Shown here: positions 37,440-46,739 of the stretch, piece after piece
Position numbering within the stretch: position 1 is the first letter of the stretch
Layout: every line of letters begins with the position of its first letter
Assembly: GCA_002496015.1 (NCBI GenBank)
Contig: DAIF01000001.1
Span: forward strand, 8,752 to 72,751
Direction: 5' to 3'
Length of the DNA stretch: 64,000 nucleotides
Source of the DNA: Candidatus Pacearchaeota archaeon UBA73
Lineage (GTDB): Archaea; Nanobdellota; Nanobdellia; Pacearchaeales; GW2011-AR1
The notes under the pieces: model-generated
What the model saw: only the letters and a program-made list of their open reading frames with translations
Told to the model about the DNA's origin: nothing
Database searches by the model: none
Program-made: the position numbers and the translations under genes

Positions 37440-37466
37440 AGAAAAAAACGAACTATTTATTTAAAA

Positions 37467-38003
37467 CTATCTTCTTGAGGTTTCTTCTATGTCTATTTGG
37501 GGATATGGCTGTCCTCCAAGATTTCTTATAGAAAATGAATAAGCCGTTGACGCCGCAGTAAACTTTCTATTCTGATCCGACCCCCCATAAGTTATGTTTG
37601 TGATATTCTTATAATTCAAAATCAATACAGTATAAGCAGATTTCTCAGTTTCATATGAAGTAATGCGGACGTTTCCCTCTCTGATTTCAAATCCTACTTC
37701 TGAATACGGCTTGCTCAACCCATCAACTACAAAGATTATCTCGTCGCTGGTGGAATTGATTAATAATTCTCCTCTTTTCATCGTGAAAGCAGGGATGTTC
37801 CTCACATTGCCCTGGCCCCTATCAATTAATTCTCCAATACGTTCATCCCAAACGCTGAACGATTTAATGGTCTGCTCGACCAGAATCCTATCTCTGGACT
37901 CGTTTATCCTCGGGGTCGTAATAGCTAACACAATTCCTATCAGAGCTATCCCCATCAGCGTATACAAAACCGTTTCTATCCAGACTTGTGCCTTCTTGTT
38001 CAT
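37467..38003 (-). CDS. Archaeal type IV pilin-like protein
   Basis: Start refined to MNKKAQVWIETVLYTLMGIALIGIVLAI (ORF track 37467..38033). Confidence 0.5.
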   Translation of the reverse strand: MNKKAQVWIETVLYTLMGIALIGIVLAITTPRINESRDRILVEQTIKSFSVWDERIGELIDRGQGNVRNIPAFTMKRGELLINSTSDEIIFVVDGLSKPYSEVGFEIREGNVRITSYETEKSAYTVLILNYKNITNITYGGSDQNRKFTAASTAYSFSIRNLGGQPYPQIDIEETSRR

Positions 38004-38590
38004 TAGACCTCCAAAGCCACGCCCGGCTCGCAATAGATTCCTTTAATTCTCATTTTATCAGTCTGCGCGCATGTTCTATCATTCTTCAAAACAGGATAAA
38101 TCTCTATCATATCAAACTCAACGCTCGAATTATATACATAGGTTTTCACCCCACCCCTTTCAGGAAGAGTCAATGTCGAAACAGCTCGGTTTAACATTCT
38201 CATCTCTCCGACATTGTTGCCTGCAGTTGTGCCATTACGAACCTCGAATCCAACATCTTCTCCTCCGCCAAGAAATTGTATCTTTAATGCATTTATGTTC
38301 TCAAGCTTTTCAGCAGGCACAGTGTCTGCTTCTATAGACAAAGCATAGATGTAGTTCCCGCCTTCTATTTGATAACAATTATACTCAAACTCTTCATAAA
38401 ATAAAAAATAGTCCTCATACCCCAAACACTCCGTCCTCTCGTTTAATATATTCTGTACTAGAGGCACGACAAATCCCATTATAAGCACTGCGGCCGCAAC
38501 CGTTATTAAAATCAGAACAACGGTAGCCACAATAGAGGATATTCCCTTTCTATTAAACATATTCCGTACTGATACCATAGTCTGCATCAC
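38003..38590 (-). CDS. Archaeal type IV pilin-like protein
   Basis: NRKGISSIVATVVLILITVAAAVLIMGFV: class III signal. Confidence 0.6.
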   Translation of the reverse strand: MMQTMVSVRNMFNRKGISSIVATVVLILITVAAAVLIMGFVVPLVQNILNERTECLGYEDYFLFYEEFEYNCYQIEGGNYIYALSIEADTVPAEKLENINALKIQFLGGGEDVGFEVRNGTTAGNNVGEMRMLNRAVSTLTLPERGGVKTYVYNSSVEFDMIEIYPVLKNDRTCAQTDKMRIKGIYCEPGVALEV

Positions 38591-39068
38591 AAATATAAGA
38601 CAGTCTTTTCTGCTCTGTCTCTCCCAATAGGATCGGAACCGCGATTATTGTGTCTCCAGGACTTGCTCCCGAAGGAAGAGCGAAAACTCTCGTCTCTCCT
38701 GATTTAATTCCGTCGCCAGTTTGGCCGATTTCTTTTATTTCTCCCTTGCCCCTCACCCTCATTTCAACTGCCCAGATCGGAACGTCTCCGATATTATTTA
38801 CTGTCAGGTTGCCTCTTCTAGCTTCCATTAGAAATTCAACATCGTCGCATGACATCTCAATCGCACGTTCGTTCTTTTCAATAGTCTCAGCAATAAAACT
38901 TCTTGCCCAAAAGAATACTATCACTGCAAGGATTATTGTAATTGAGACTAACAGAGTTGTCGCAACGACCGGAGAAATACCTCTTTTCCCGCCCAACAGG
39001 AAAGGGAAAGCACAGGTGGCTATGCCACCTCTTTTCTTTAGAGCAGTCATGAATTTAAATGACTTCAA
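38553..39068 (-). CDS. Archaeal type IV pilin-like protein
   Basis: GKRGISPVVATTLLVSITIILAVIVFF: textbook class III signal. Confidence 0.6.
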   Translation of the reverse strand: MKSFKFMTALKKRGGIATCAFPFLLGGKRGISPVVATTLLVSITIILAVIVFFWARSFIAETIEKNERAIEMSCDDVEFLMEARRGNLTVNNIGDVPIWAVEMRVRGKGEIKEIGQTGDGIKSGETRVFALPSGASPGDTIIAVPILLGETEQKRLSYICDADYGISTEYV

Positions 39069-39088
39069 ATGTTTAAAAACTTATTGAA

Positions 39089-40075
39089 CTATTTTGTGCG
39101 CTGGATGTATTCATAAGCCGAATGTGCGGCAGTGCATCCTTCCGCAACTCCCGTGATTGCTTGTTTGAACGGCTTGTCTGCAACATCCCCTGCCGTAAAA
39201 ACTCCGGGAACGTTAGTACTAGAATCTTTATGATTCATTATGATTTCACTTCTCTCGTTCAACTCAACTCCTATTTCCCTTGCCAATCCCGAAAGAACTT
39301 CATGCCCTATAGCAACAAAAACCCCATCAAGTTTCAACTCCTTGTTTCCATCGTATTCTCTGTCCAAAACAACCCCTGTCACAAAATCTCCCCCCTTTAC
39401 CTCTACAACATTTGCATTGTTTATGATTTCTATCTTCTCATTCTCTTCAATTCTTTTCAGATTTATCGGCTCAGCTCTTATCTTCTCTTTTCTATATATA
39501 ATATAAACTTTCTTCGCATGTTCTGCCAAGACTAAAGCGTCTTTAGCCGCGCTGTCAGAGCCGCCGATTACCGCCACAGTCTTATTCCTGAATAAAGGCC
39601 CGTCGCACAAAGCACAATACCCTATCCCCCTATTTTCAAATTCTCTGCCCCCTTTTACTTCCTCAGGCAACTTTTTCCATTTTGTCCCTGTGGCAAACAA
39701 AATCGTCTTCCCAAAATATTCTCCTTTAGCAGTTTTCACCTTAAAGCTCTTGCCCTCTTTCAAAACTTTCTCAACTTTCTCTTCCTTTATTTCAACAAGC
39801 TCATAACTTCTTGCGTGCTTTTCAATTTTTTCCGCAAGTTCACTTCCCGATAATCTCTCAAATCCCGGATAGTTTTCAACAATGTTCGTCGTTGTTATCA
39901 CGCCCCCCACCGGCATCTCGCTCCCATGCGAACTTCCCAAGACCAAGGTCTTTAATCCAAGCCGCGCCCCATACATCGCAGCCGCCAAGCCCGCAACTCC
40001 TGCTCCTATCACAATAAAGTCATATCCTTTTTCCATAACCACAAAAAAAGAGATGATTATATAAATATTTGTCAA
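39089..40075 (-). CDS. trxB: Thioredoxin-disulfide reductase
   Basis: FAD motif DFIVIGAGVAGLAAA; redox-active CALCDG; NAD(P)-binding GGSDSA. Confidence 0.8.
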   Translation of the reverse strand: MTNIYIIISFFVVMEKGYDFIVIGAGVAGLAAAMYGARLGLKTLVLGSSHGSEMPVGGVITTTNIVENYPGFERLSGSELAEKIEKHARSYELVEIKEEKVEKVLKEGKSFKVKTAKGEYFGKTILFATGTKWKKLPEEVKGGREFENRGIGYCALCDGPLFRNKTVAVIGGSDSAAKDALVLAEHAKKVYIIYRKEKIRAEPINLKRIEENEKIEIINNANVVEVKGGDFVTGVVLDREYDGNKELKLDGVFVAIGHEVLSGLAREIGVELNERSEIIMNHKDSSTNVPGVFTAGDVADKPFKQAITGVAEGCTAAHSAYEYIQRTK

Positions 40076-40560
40076 CTCCGACGCTCATGGACATGAATCT
40101 TGAAACCCACTTAAAGAAACATAATATCTCCTTCATAGAGTACAATCACCCGGCAGTCTTTACAGTCGAAGAATCCAAAAAACTCAAACAATCTATCCCC
40201 GGAATGCAGTGCAAATGCCTTTTTCTTAAAGACGAAAACGAAAAATTCTATCTTGTAGCACTGCCTGCATTAAAGCGTCTTAACACAAAAAATCTTCGCT
40301 CAATTTTAGGCGTAAAGAAACTAAACTTTGGCTCCCCTGAAGAATTAAAGCAGCGTCTCAACTTGACTCCAGGTTCCGTTTCAATTTTCGGTATGATTTA
40401 CTCGACAAACGTTGTTCTAATTATTGACAAAGAAGTCTGGGACTCTTCCTCGTCAGGTTTCCACCCCAACCTAAACACATCAACACTGGTGATTTCTCAC
40501 GAAGGTCTTAAAAAATTCTACAACTCTCTGAACTCTGAAAAACGAATCCTTGTTTTATGA
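40069..40560 (+). CDS. YbaK/ProX-family aminoacyl-tRNA deacylase (candidate)
   Basis: 163 aa. Pattern K.L.LK......YLV.LP...RL..K.L....G.K.L....PEE matches the YbaK/ebsC fold by recollection. Confidence 0.45.
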   Translation: MSTPTLMDMNLETHLKKHNISFIEYNHPAVFTVEESKKLKQSIPGMQCKCLFLKDENEKFYLVALPALKRLNTKNLRSILGVKKLNFGSPEELKQRLNLTPGSVSIFGMIYSTNVVLIIDKEVWDSSSSGFHPNLNTSTLVISHEGLKKFYNSLNSEKRILVL

Positions 40561-41288
40561 AAAGAAAATTTGCCCTACTGATCTCTCTGCTGCTCACCCT
40601 CTTAGTGGCTTCAAACATCTTCCTTTTTAATTTGGGCTCTCAAAGAAAGACAGTTTACGTTGTCAGAGTCATAGACGGAGACACCTTTGAATCTGACCAA
40701 GGTACATTAAGACTGGCAAACATAAACACTCCGGAGAAGTCCGAGAAGGGGTATGAAGAAGCTAAACTCTTCATATCGAGATTTCAGGACTCAGAAGTTC
40801 AGATAGAGGAACTCTCTACTGACCGGTATGGCAGAATTCTCGCAAGAGTCTATACTCCGGATTACTTGAATCTGGTTCTGGTCAAACAGGGGCTGGCAAG
40901 AAAATTTCTCGTTCATGAGTCCGAACTTTCTCTTTTCGATGTCGCTGAGAAAGATGCTGTCAATTCAGGCAGGGGATTGTGGAAACACTCCTCGCTCTAC
41001 AACTGTTTTGAAGTTAGTATCTTCCCTTCAGAAGAAATTCTGCAAATCGAAAACAAGTGCGGAGAAACTAATATGGGCGGCTTCGTTATCACAGACGAAA
41101 GCAGAAAAAAATATAAGTTCCCAAATATTATCTTAAGGAAGATAACGCTGCACACAGCCTCGGGAATTGACAACAGCTCGGATTTGTTCTGGGGTAGCAA
41201 CGGCGATGTCTGGAACAATGATCGCGACACAGTTTATATCTTGGACGCAGAAGGCAGACTTGTATATCATCGCTCTTACGGCTATTAG
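40557..41288 (+). CDS. Secreted staphylococcal-nuclease-like thermonuclease with C-terminal extension
   Basis: Signal/TM LLISLLLTLLVASNIFL; SNase motif VIDGDTFESDQGTLRLANINTPEK...DRYGRILARVY. Confidence 0.65.
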   Translation: MKRKFALLISLLLTLLVASNIFLFNLGSQRKTVYVVRVIDGDTFESDQGTLRLANINTPEKSEKGYEEAKLFISRFQDSEVQIEELSTDRYGRILARVYTPDYLNLVLVKQGLARKFLVHESELSLFDVAEKDAVNSGRGLWKHSSLYNCFEVSIFPSEEILQIENKCGETNMGGFVITDESRKKYKFPNIILRKITLHTASGIDNSSDLFWGSNGDVWNNDRDTVYILDAEGRLVYHRSYGY

Positions 41289-41934
41289 TTTAATCTGTCT
41301 TCCGCTCGCTTCTTCTCTTGAGCTTTCTTTTGATTATCCAAAAGATGTAAAAATTAACAAGGAATTCACAGTTTCAATAGAAGCAGATTCTTCCGAACAG
41401 CATGACGTGAAAGTTTTTGTTCACAAGTCAGAAGATGACAAGATTGACCGAAACGAATATATCTCTGAGATTTACAACGACGGCTGGAAAGATTCTTATC
41501 TTTACATTAAAGGTTCATTTCCAAAACAATCCAACTATAAAATAAGGGTAACCTCCTCGCCGGGACAGCAGGAGATTTGCGCGAGGCTGCGCAAGACTGG
41601 CTCTACAAGTTTTTCGACTCAATGCGAAAGAATTAATGTCGGAGAAGATGAACCTGAAGAAGAGGAAGATACTTCGAAGGAAGCTAAAAAAGAGTTAGAA
41701 AGGGTGATTGTAAAAGAAGAGACAGACAGCTCTCCAACAGAATCGGCAGTTCAGGAATTCAGGCAACTCTCTCAAAATCAGGAGAGAATAGTCCTTGGCT
41801 CCAAGCCATTAAACGCGCCCACGCAAAATAAAGTTATAATCACCCCGGAGGGAACCAAGAAAAAATTCCTCATCTATGGTTTTACAGGATTTTGCGTTCT
41901 TGTCTTAGTTCTTCTTTCTCTGCGAAAGCTTTAA
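41218..41934 (+). CDS. Membrane-anchored extracellular protein (hypothetical); start uncertain
   Basis: ORF track 41167..41934. N-terminal hydrophobic LYIIALTAISLICLPLASS; C-terminal TM FLIYGFTGFCVLVLVLLSL. Confidence 0.4.
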   Translation: MIATQFISWTQKADLYIIALTAISLICLPLASSLELSFDYPKDVKINKEFTVSIEADSSEQHDVKVFVHKSEDDKIDRNEYISEIYNDGWKDSYLYIKGSFPKQSNYKIRVTSSPGQQEICARLRKTGSTSFSTQCERINVGEDEPEEEEDTSKEAKKELERVIVKEETDSSPTESAVQEFRQLSQNQERIVLGSKPLNAPTQNKVIITPEGTKKKFLIYGFTGFCVLVLVLLSLRKL

Positions 41935-41971
41935 TGGCTAACTTTAAAAACCTATATCCCCCTCTTCTTTA

Positions 41972-42472
41972 ATGGCAAAGATAGAAGCTTCGTTAATCCT
42001 CGAAATTCTCGGAAGACCGAAAGAGAATGTCTCTGCTGCTATGGAAACTTTGATAAATCGTTTGTCGTTGGAAAAGGGAGTTAAGGTGTTAAACAAGACT
42101 CTTCACGAACCTGTGCCGGTTGAGAAATCAGACCTATTCACTTCATTCGCTGAAGTCGATGTCGAGCTGGACTCCTTTATGACTTACGTAGCGGTCATCT
42201 TTGGGCATATGCCTTCCAACATTCAGATTACCTCTCCGGAAAAAATGACCCTTAACAACATGGAACTTAACGAGATTGGAAATGCTCTGGTTCAGAGATT
42301 GCACCATTACGATGCTGTGACTAAAAATGTCCTTGTCGAAAGAAACTTTTATGCAAAAAAGCTTCAGGAAATAGCTCCGCATCTTTTCATAAAACAAGGG
42401 CCTGCTCCTGCACAAGAGAAAACCCCTCCCAAAGATAAACCAAAAAAATCAAAGAAGTCTAAGAAGAATTAA
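41972..42472 (+). CDS. Hypothetical protein with Lys-rich C-terminal tail
   Basis: 166 aa, no motif recognised; ends in PKDKPKKSKKSKKN. Confidence 0.4.
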   Translation: MAKIEASLILEILGRPKENVSAAMETLINRLSLEKGVKVLNKTLHEPVPVEKSDLFTSFAEVDVELDSFMTYVAVIFGHMPSNIQITSPEKMTLNNMELNEIGNALVQRLHHYDAVTKNVLVERNFYAKKLQEIAPHLFIKQGPAPAQEKTPPKDKPKKSKKSKKN

Positions 42473-44340
42473 GGCAGGTTCTTTCTGGCAGAGTTTATCT
42501 TGCTTTGCAGGGGGCTTCCAGATGATTTTCCTGCTTTCTTATATTTCATAAAAACAAATACTACAACTATCAGGACAACTCCAGCTACCAAATATCCGAC
42601 CCACATCCAGGACCCTCCGCCGCCCCCGCCATCGGAACAGGTCCCAACGCAACAACTGCTCCTGTCAATCGTCGCGACCACATTTCCATCGCAGGTCTGT
42701 CCTGCTCCACACTCGATTCCCAGAAGTTCAGAACAATAATACGAGGGTCCGCTGGAACTGCTGTTCCGCGAATATTCAGTGATTGCTCCGGACTCCGTAT
42801 CAGTGAAATTAAATTCCAGCAACAAATATTCAAAGGAGTCTTCGGCATACGCGATAACAACCCCTTTGAATGGGTGCCCCCTCCACACATCATTTACAGT
42901 CACATTAAAACTCGCGCTTTCATTCACACTGATATTTATATCCTGATATGGGACTATCATAAATTTAGACGGATTGAAATCCAGCCTTAATCCTACGATT
43001 TCACTGTCTCCAGTATTTGTGATTCTAAAACGATATGTTGAAAAGCCCCGACTCAGAAAAACCGTGCTCCGAATCTCTGCAGGATCTAACGCAAATGAAG
43101 GCGGGCCCGGTAGCGGAATTAAAAAACACTCTGTGAGGTTGAATCTACACTCGTCGGACATACAACTAAGGTTTCCCCCGTCATATCCAAGGCTCGTGCA
43201 ATTTCCCATGCTTAAATTGTTTCCATCGCACTCTTCACTTCCGGTCACTATTCCATCTCCGCAAACCGCAACGACCTCCGCGCTCGCATAGCAACTATTG
43301 TTATACCAATATCCCTTGGCGTCAAGACAGGTTCCCGCAGTTAAACACAGTTCCGGATAGTTCTCTCCACATGTCGCAGAAGCGTTTTTATTGCACGTAT
43401 TGTTATACCAATATCCTCCGGCATCAATACAGGTTCCTTGGGTTAGACAAAGCTCAACGTGTTGAGAATCACAAACAGCTCCTTGTTCATATCTATTGCA
43501 CGTATTGTTATACCAATGCCCCCCCGCCCCTGTGCAATTCGCTTGAGTCAGACAAAGGCTCAAATGTTCTGAGTCGCATGAGCTTGGAGAGTCTGAGGGA
43601 AGTTCACAGAAGGAGGTGTCAAATGCCAAACAACTGCTCGCACACTGAAGCTGCCCGGAAATGAATCCTCCGGGAACCGAAGTGCAAGTCTTCCCATCAA
43701 GGTTTGCACCGTCACAAACTTCCCTGTCACTTATCAGTCCATCGCCGCAGATATACCTCTGCCCCACAATATACAATGGAATTTGATACCTTCCAAAATT
43801 CATTAAAATCTGCTGCGTCCCCAGAATTCCGCTTATCGAAAAATCAACATAATTTGTCCCCGGATATAATGTTATCGTTCGCGATTCCGGAAAGTCCACC
43901 TGAACATCCATTCCAGAGTAAGCCGTCGCCGCAATCTCAAAATTTTTATTCGCAATTACAAATCCGGGCGCAACAGAAAAATCAATCATCGGCCCCTGCA
44001 CAGTAAAATCTTTTCTATATTCGACAACCTCCGGCACGCCATCCACAAGAGCCACAACATTTCTGATAATCAGACTGTAATTTCCGGAGTTGGCAGGTGC
44101 AATTATCCAAATAAAATATCTATTCCCTAGTTTTCCTATATCAAACTGTGCAGCTACGTCTAAATGTCCGTCCCTCACTACCCTTACCTGCTCGGCTCTG
44201 ATTGGCGCAAGGATTCCGCCAGTGATTTCCCCGATCATTGTTTCACGCGGCGCGTACGAGTCTCTTATTGTCGAGGAGACCGCACTGACTTCAGGGATCA
44301 TCAACCAGATTATCGCCAGCAAAAAAATGAATCTCTTCAT
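42469..44340 (-). CDS. Cys-rich surface protein (CGDGxxxxxEECD repeat family) with C-terminal TM
   Basis: 623 aa. Signal MKRFIFLLAIIWLMIPEVSA. CGDGLISDREVCDGANLDGKTC and CGDGIVTGSEECDGNNLSMGNC. Three tandem C..Q..C.GAGG.WYNN.C modules. TM WMWVGYLVAGVVLIVVVFVF. Confidence 0.6.
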   Translation of the reverse strand: MKRFIFLLAIIWLMIPEVSAVSSTIRDSYAPRETMIGEITGGILAPIRAEQVRVVRDGHLDVAAQFDIGKLGNRYFIWIIAPANSGNYSLIIRNVVALVDGVPEVVEYRKDFTVQGPMIDFSVAPGFVIANKNFEIAATAYSGMDVQVDFPESRTITLYPGTNYVDFSISGILGTQQILMNFGRYQIPLYIVGQRYICGDGLISDREVCDGANLDGKTCTSVPGGFISGQLQCASSCLAFDTSFCELPSDSPSSCDSEHLSLCLTQANCTGAGGHWYNNTCNRYEQGAVCDSQHVELCLTQGTCIDAGGYWYNNTCNKNASATCGENYPELCLTAGTCLDAKGYWYNNSCYASAEVVAVCGDGIVTGSEECDGNNLSMGNCTSLGYDGGNLSCMSDECRFNLTECFLIPLPGPPSFALDPAEIRSTVFLSRGFSTYRFRITNTGDSEIVGLRLDFNPSKFMIVPYQDINISVNESASFNVTVNDVWRGHPFKGVVIAYAEDSFEYLLLEFNFTDTESGAITEYSRNSSSSGPSYYCSELLGIECGAGQTCDGNVVATIDRSSCCVGTCSDGGGGGGSWMWVGYLVAGVVLIVVVFVFMKYKKAGKSSGSPLQSKINSARKNLP

Positions 44341-44341
44341 C

Positions 44342-46717
44342 TTATTTACTCATCTCTCTCAGCTTTTTGAGTGTCTCTTCCGCTTCTTTGTCTTTGGCAC
44401 TCTTCGGTTCAGCTCCTGCGGGCGGCGATGCTGCCGGGCGCACCATTCCGGGTCGCATCATTGGCCCTCCTCCCATAACTGGCCTCATCGCTCCAGGCAT
44501 GCCAAATCTTGGCGGAGGTCTTCTTGACATGCTCGCACCAGGCGGCGGACCACCTTGTCCAACTTTAGAAGATTTTGCCTTACCTCTCATCTGGAACCAC
44601 CAGACTCTGAGTTTGTCGCGATACACAATTCCCAAAACAACAATAACTATTAAGACAAGCAGCACGACTATCCAAATCCAAAGGCTGCTCCCTCCGCCAC
44701 TGGCAGTCACGCACCTGCCTGCTGAGCATTCCCTTCCGCTGCCGCAATCGTCATCATCATTACACTCAGAACTCGATTCTATCACACACATCCCTACACT
44801 GTTGCATATCCTTCCCGCAGGGCAATCATCATTCGAGGCGCAACCAACGTTACTCTCTTCGCACGTTCCGACAACACAACAAGGCCCATCTTTTGACTCG
44901 ACTGTCGCCGTTGTGCACGGAGCATCCCATGGGCAAACTGTCCCAGACAAGCTGGTGCAGGTCACTTCAGTTACTTGAGCGGTACAACAGTATTCAAGGT
45001 GGCTATTGCAAACGTGAGTTGACTGTGGATAATAACTTCCACCCACATCTTGACAAGCCCACATACTAGGAACACAGTACAATCCCGATAATTCACAATC
45101 GGTCAATAGGCCTGGATTGTAAGGTCCACCTCCCGACTGGTTTGTTTGATTTGTCGTTTCATTTTCTGGTCCCGGTGGAAGAGGTCCGCCACTGGAGTAA
45201 CACAAGCTAACGTTGAAAGTTAAACATCCGGGCATGCACCCTAGAGTGCCGCCAGCATAACCAATATCTGAGCTGTCACACTCAGTGTTGTTCAACTCTA
45301 TTGGACTAGTGCAAACCCCGTCTGGTCCACAATCGCAAACTTCACTTCCAGTTACCATTCCATCTCCGCATACTTGATTCACGCTTCCGCTACAGTCTTC
45401 CACATTGAGAGTGCAATTTGCATAGCAGGCTAAGTCTCCACCGCTAAATCCTTTTGAGATGCAAGTCTCATCTTTCAGATCAGTTCCATCGCACGCTTCT
45501 CCACCGTTAGCCACACCATCTCCGCAGATAATACAATCTCCTGGACAGTTCTGCGAGGTCTCTCCGGTACCACAAGCTCCATCCCCGCAGAATCCTTGGC
45601 TTCTCGGCCAATGCGCCGCATAGATGATAAATGCAGTGTCTCTGATGCTCCCTCCATTCCAGCATCCGCTTTCATCCTGATTTATAAACAGGTAATTTAA
45701 TGTTCTCGCGTTATCTATCTCCGGCGAGTCGGCTCCGCCCAATGCGAGCATCGCAAGCGCAGTATCATAAAATTTATTGTATGGAGTAGAGGTCATCTGC
45801 CAATATGCCCCTTCTGGTCGGATTCTCTGACTGCCAATTATTTTTGCGTAATGCTCCTCTCCTCCTTGATAGATTGCGATGAGAAACGCGCTCGGAAAAT
45901 ACCTTTCATTATCTGCCGCCAGCGCTCTCAAATACGGCGCATACTCGCCGATATCCTCATCATTCGCATATAATGCAGCAGCAGCCCACAAGCTCCCTTC
46001 GTAATTACAGCTGCTTCCGTCTTGGAAGCATTTTGCAGTTATTCTTTCGGTTGTCCACGAGCCCGCTCCCGCTCCATGAGTTTGCGGCGAGATGTAAATA
46101 GCTCCTCCAGTCTCTTTCTCGTAAAGAAGATTTGTTTTGAATCCCTTGTCGCACTGAACGCTGAATGTTTTGTCAAGACAGTTGTTCCCGATTCTCATCC
46201 AGTACCCTGAAGGAGTTATGCTCAGGCAGTTTCCCGGGCTTCCGGATAGTTTCATATCTTCGTCGATTATGACGGATTTATCGCTGTCGTCATAATTTAT
46301 CTTGCAACTCGCAGGTTGGTTATCGTCAATGATTATTTGTAAATACCAGGTCATCTGTTGCGTAACTCCGCTTCTAGACTTCAACCATGCAGTTATATTC
46401 CCGATATTCTCCCCCATTCTTATTTTGGCGAGTGCAACTTGTGCAGTGGTTCTCACAGTGCAACCAGAATTCGGCCAGCAAAACTCAGAACCGCTTTTTA
46501 ACTGATTTATCGTGTCGTTTATCTTCGGATTCGGAGTCTTCGCCATCGCGGCAAAAACTGCATCCTCAAGAGACAAACTCGAAGTCTCAACCCTGTTGTC
46601 TAAACAAGTAAATGCCTGGTTGATGTCAGTGACGTGATCTGCTGAACCAGCAATAACAAATCCTACGCACAACAGGGCCAGCGCAAAAACCGCCCATGCA
46701 AACACCTTTTTTCTCAT
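44342..46717 (-). CDS. Surface protein with terpenoid-cyclase/prenyltransferase-like (alpha-alpha toroid) repeats, Cys-rich repeats, TM and Pro/Gly/Met-rich cytoplasmic tail
   Basis: Start refined to MRKKVFAWAVFALALLCVGFVIAG (ORF track to 46777). QDESGCWNGGSIRDTAFIIYAA resembles QxxDGGW cyclase repeats. CGDGVANGGEACDGTDL and CGDGMVTGSEVCD. TM LWIWIVVLLVLIVIVVLGIV. Tail PPPRFGMPGAMRPVMGGGPMMRPGMVRP. Confidence 0.55.
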   Translation of the reverse strand: MRKKVFAWAVFALALLCVGFVIAGSADHVTDINQAFTCLDNRVETSSLSLEDAVFAAMAKTPNPKINDTINQLKSGSEFCWPNSGCTVRTTAQVALAKIRMGENIGNITAWLKSRSGVTQQMTWYLQIIIDDNQPASCKINYDDSDKSVIIDEDMKLSGSPGNCLSITPSGYWMRIGNNCLDKTFSVQCDKGFKTNLLYEKETGGAIYISPQTHGAGAGSWTTERITAKCFQDGSSCNYEGSLWAAAALYANDEDIGEYAPYLRALAADNERYFPSAFLIAIYQGGEEHYAKIIGSQRIRPEGAYWQMTSTPYNKFYDTALAMLALGGADSPEIDNARTLNYLFINQDESGCWNGGSIRDTAFIIYAAHWPRSQGFCGDGACGTGETSQNCPGDCIICGDGVANGGEACDGTDLKDETCISKGFSGGDLACYANCTLNVEDCSGSVNQVCGDGMVTGSEVCDCGPDGVCTSPIELNNTECDSSDIGYAGGTLGCMPGCLTFNVSLCYSSGGPLPPGPENETTNQTNQSGGGPYNPGLLTDCELSGLYCVPSMWACQDVGGSYYPQSTHVCNSHLEYCCTAQVTEVTCTSLSGTVCPWDAPCTTATVESKDGPCCVVGTCEESNVGCASNDDCPAGRICNSVGMCVIESSSECNDDDDCGSGRECSAGRCVTASGGGSSLWIWIVVLLVLIVIVVLGIVYRDKLRVWWFQMRGKAKSSKVGQGGPPPGASMSRRPPPRFGMPGAMRPVMGGGPMMRPGMVRPAASPPAGAEPKSAKDKEAEETLKKLREMSK

Positions 46718-46739
46718 CTCTTTTTTAGGCGTAAGTTGT

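Noticed and set aside
39122-40064. Several 60-137 aa ORFs on the + strand (39122..39535, 39240..39506, 39811..40017, 39882..40064)
   Set aside because: They are antisense to the well-supported trxB gene.
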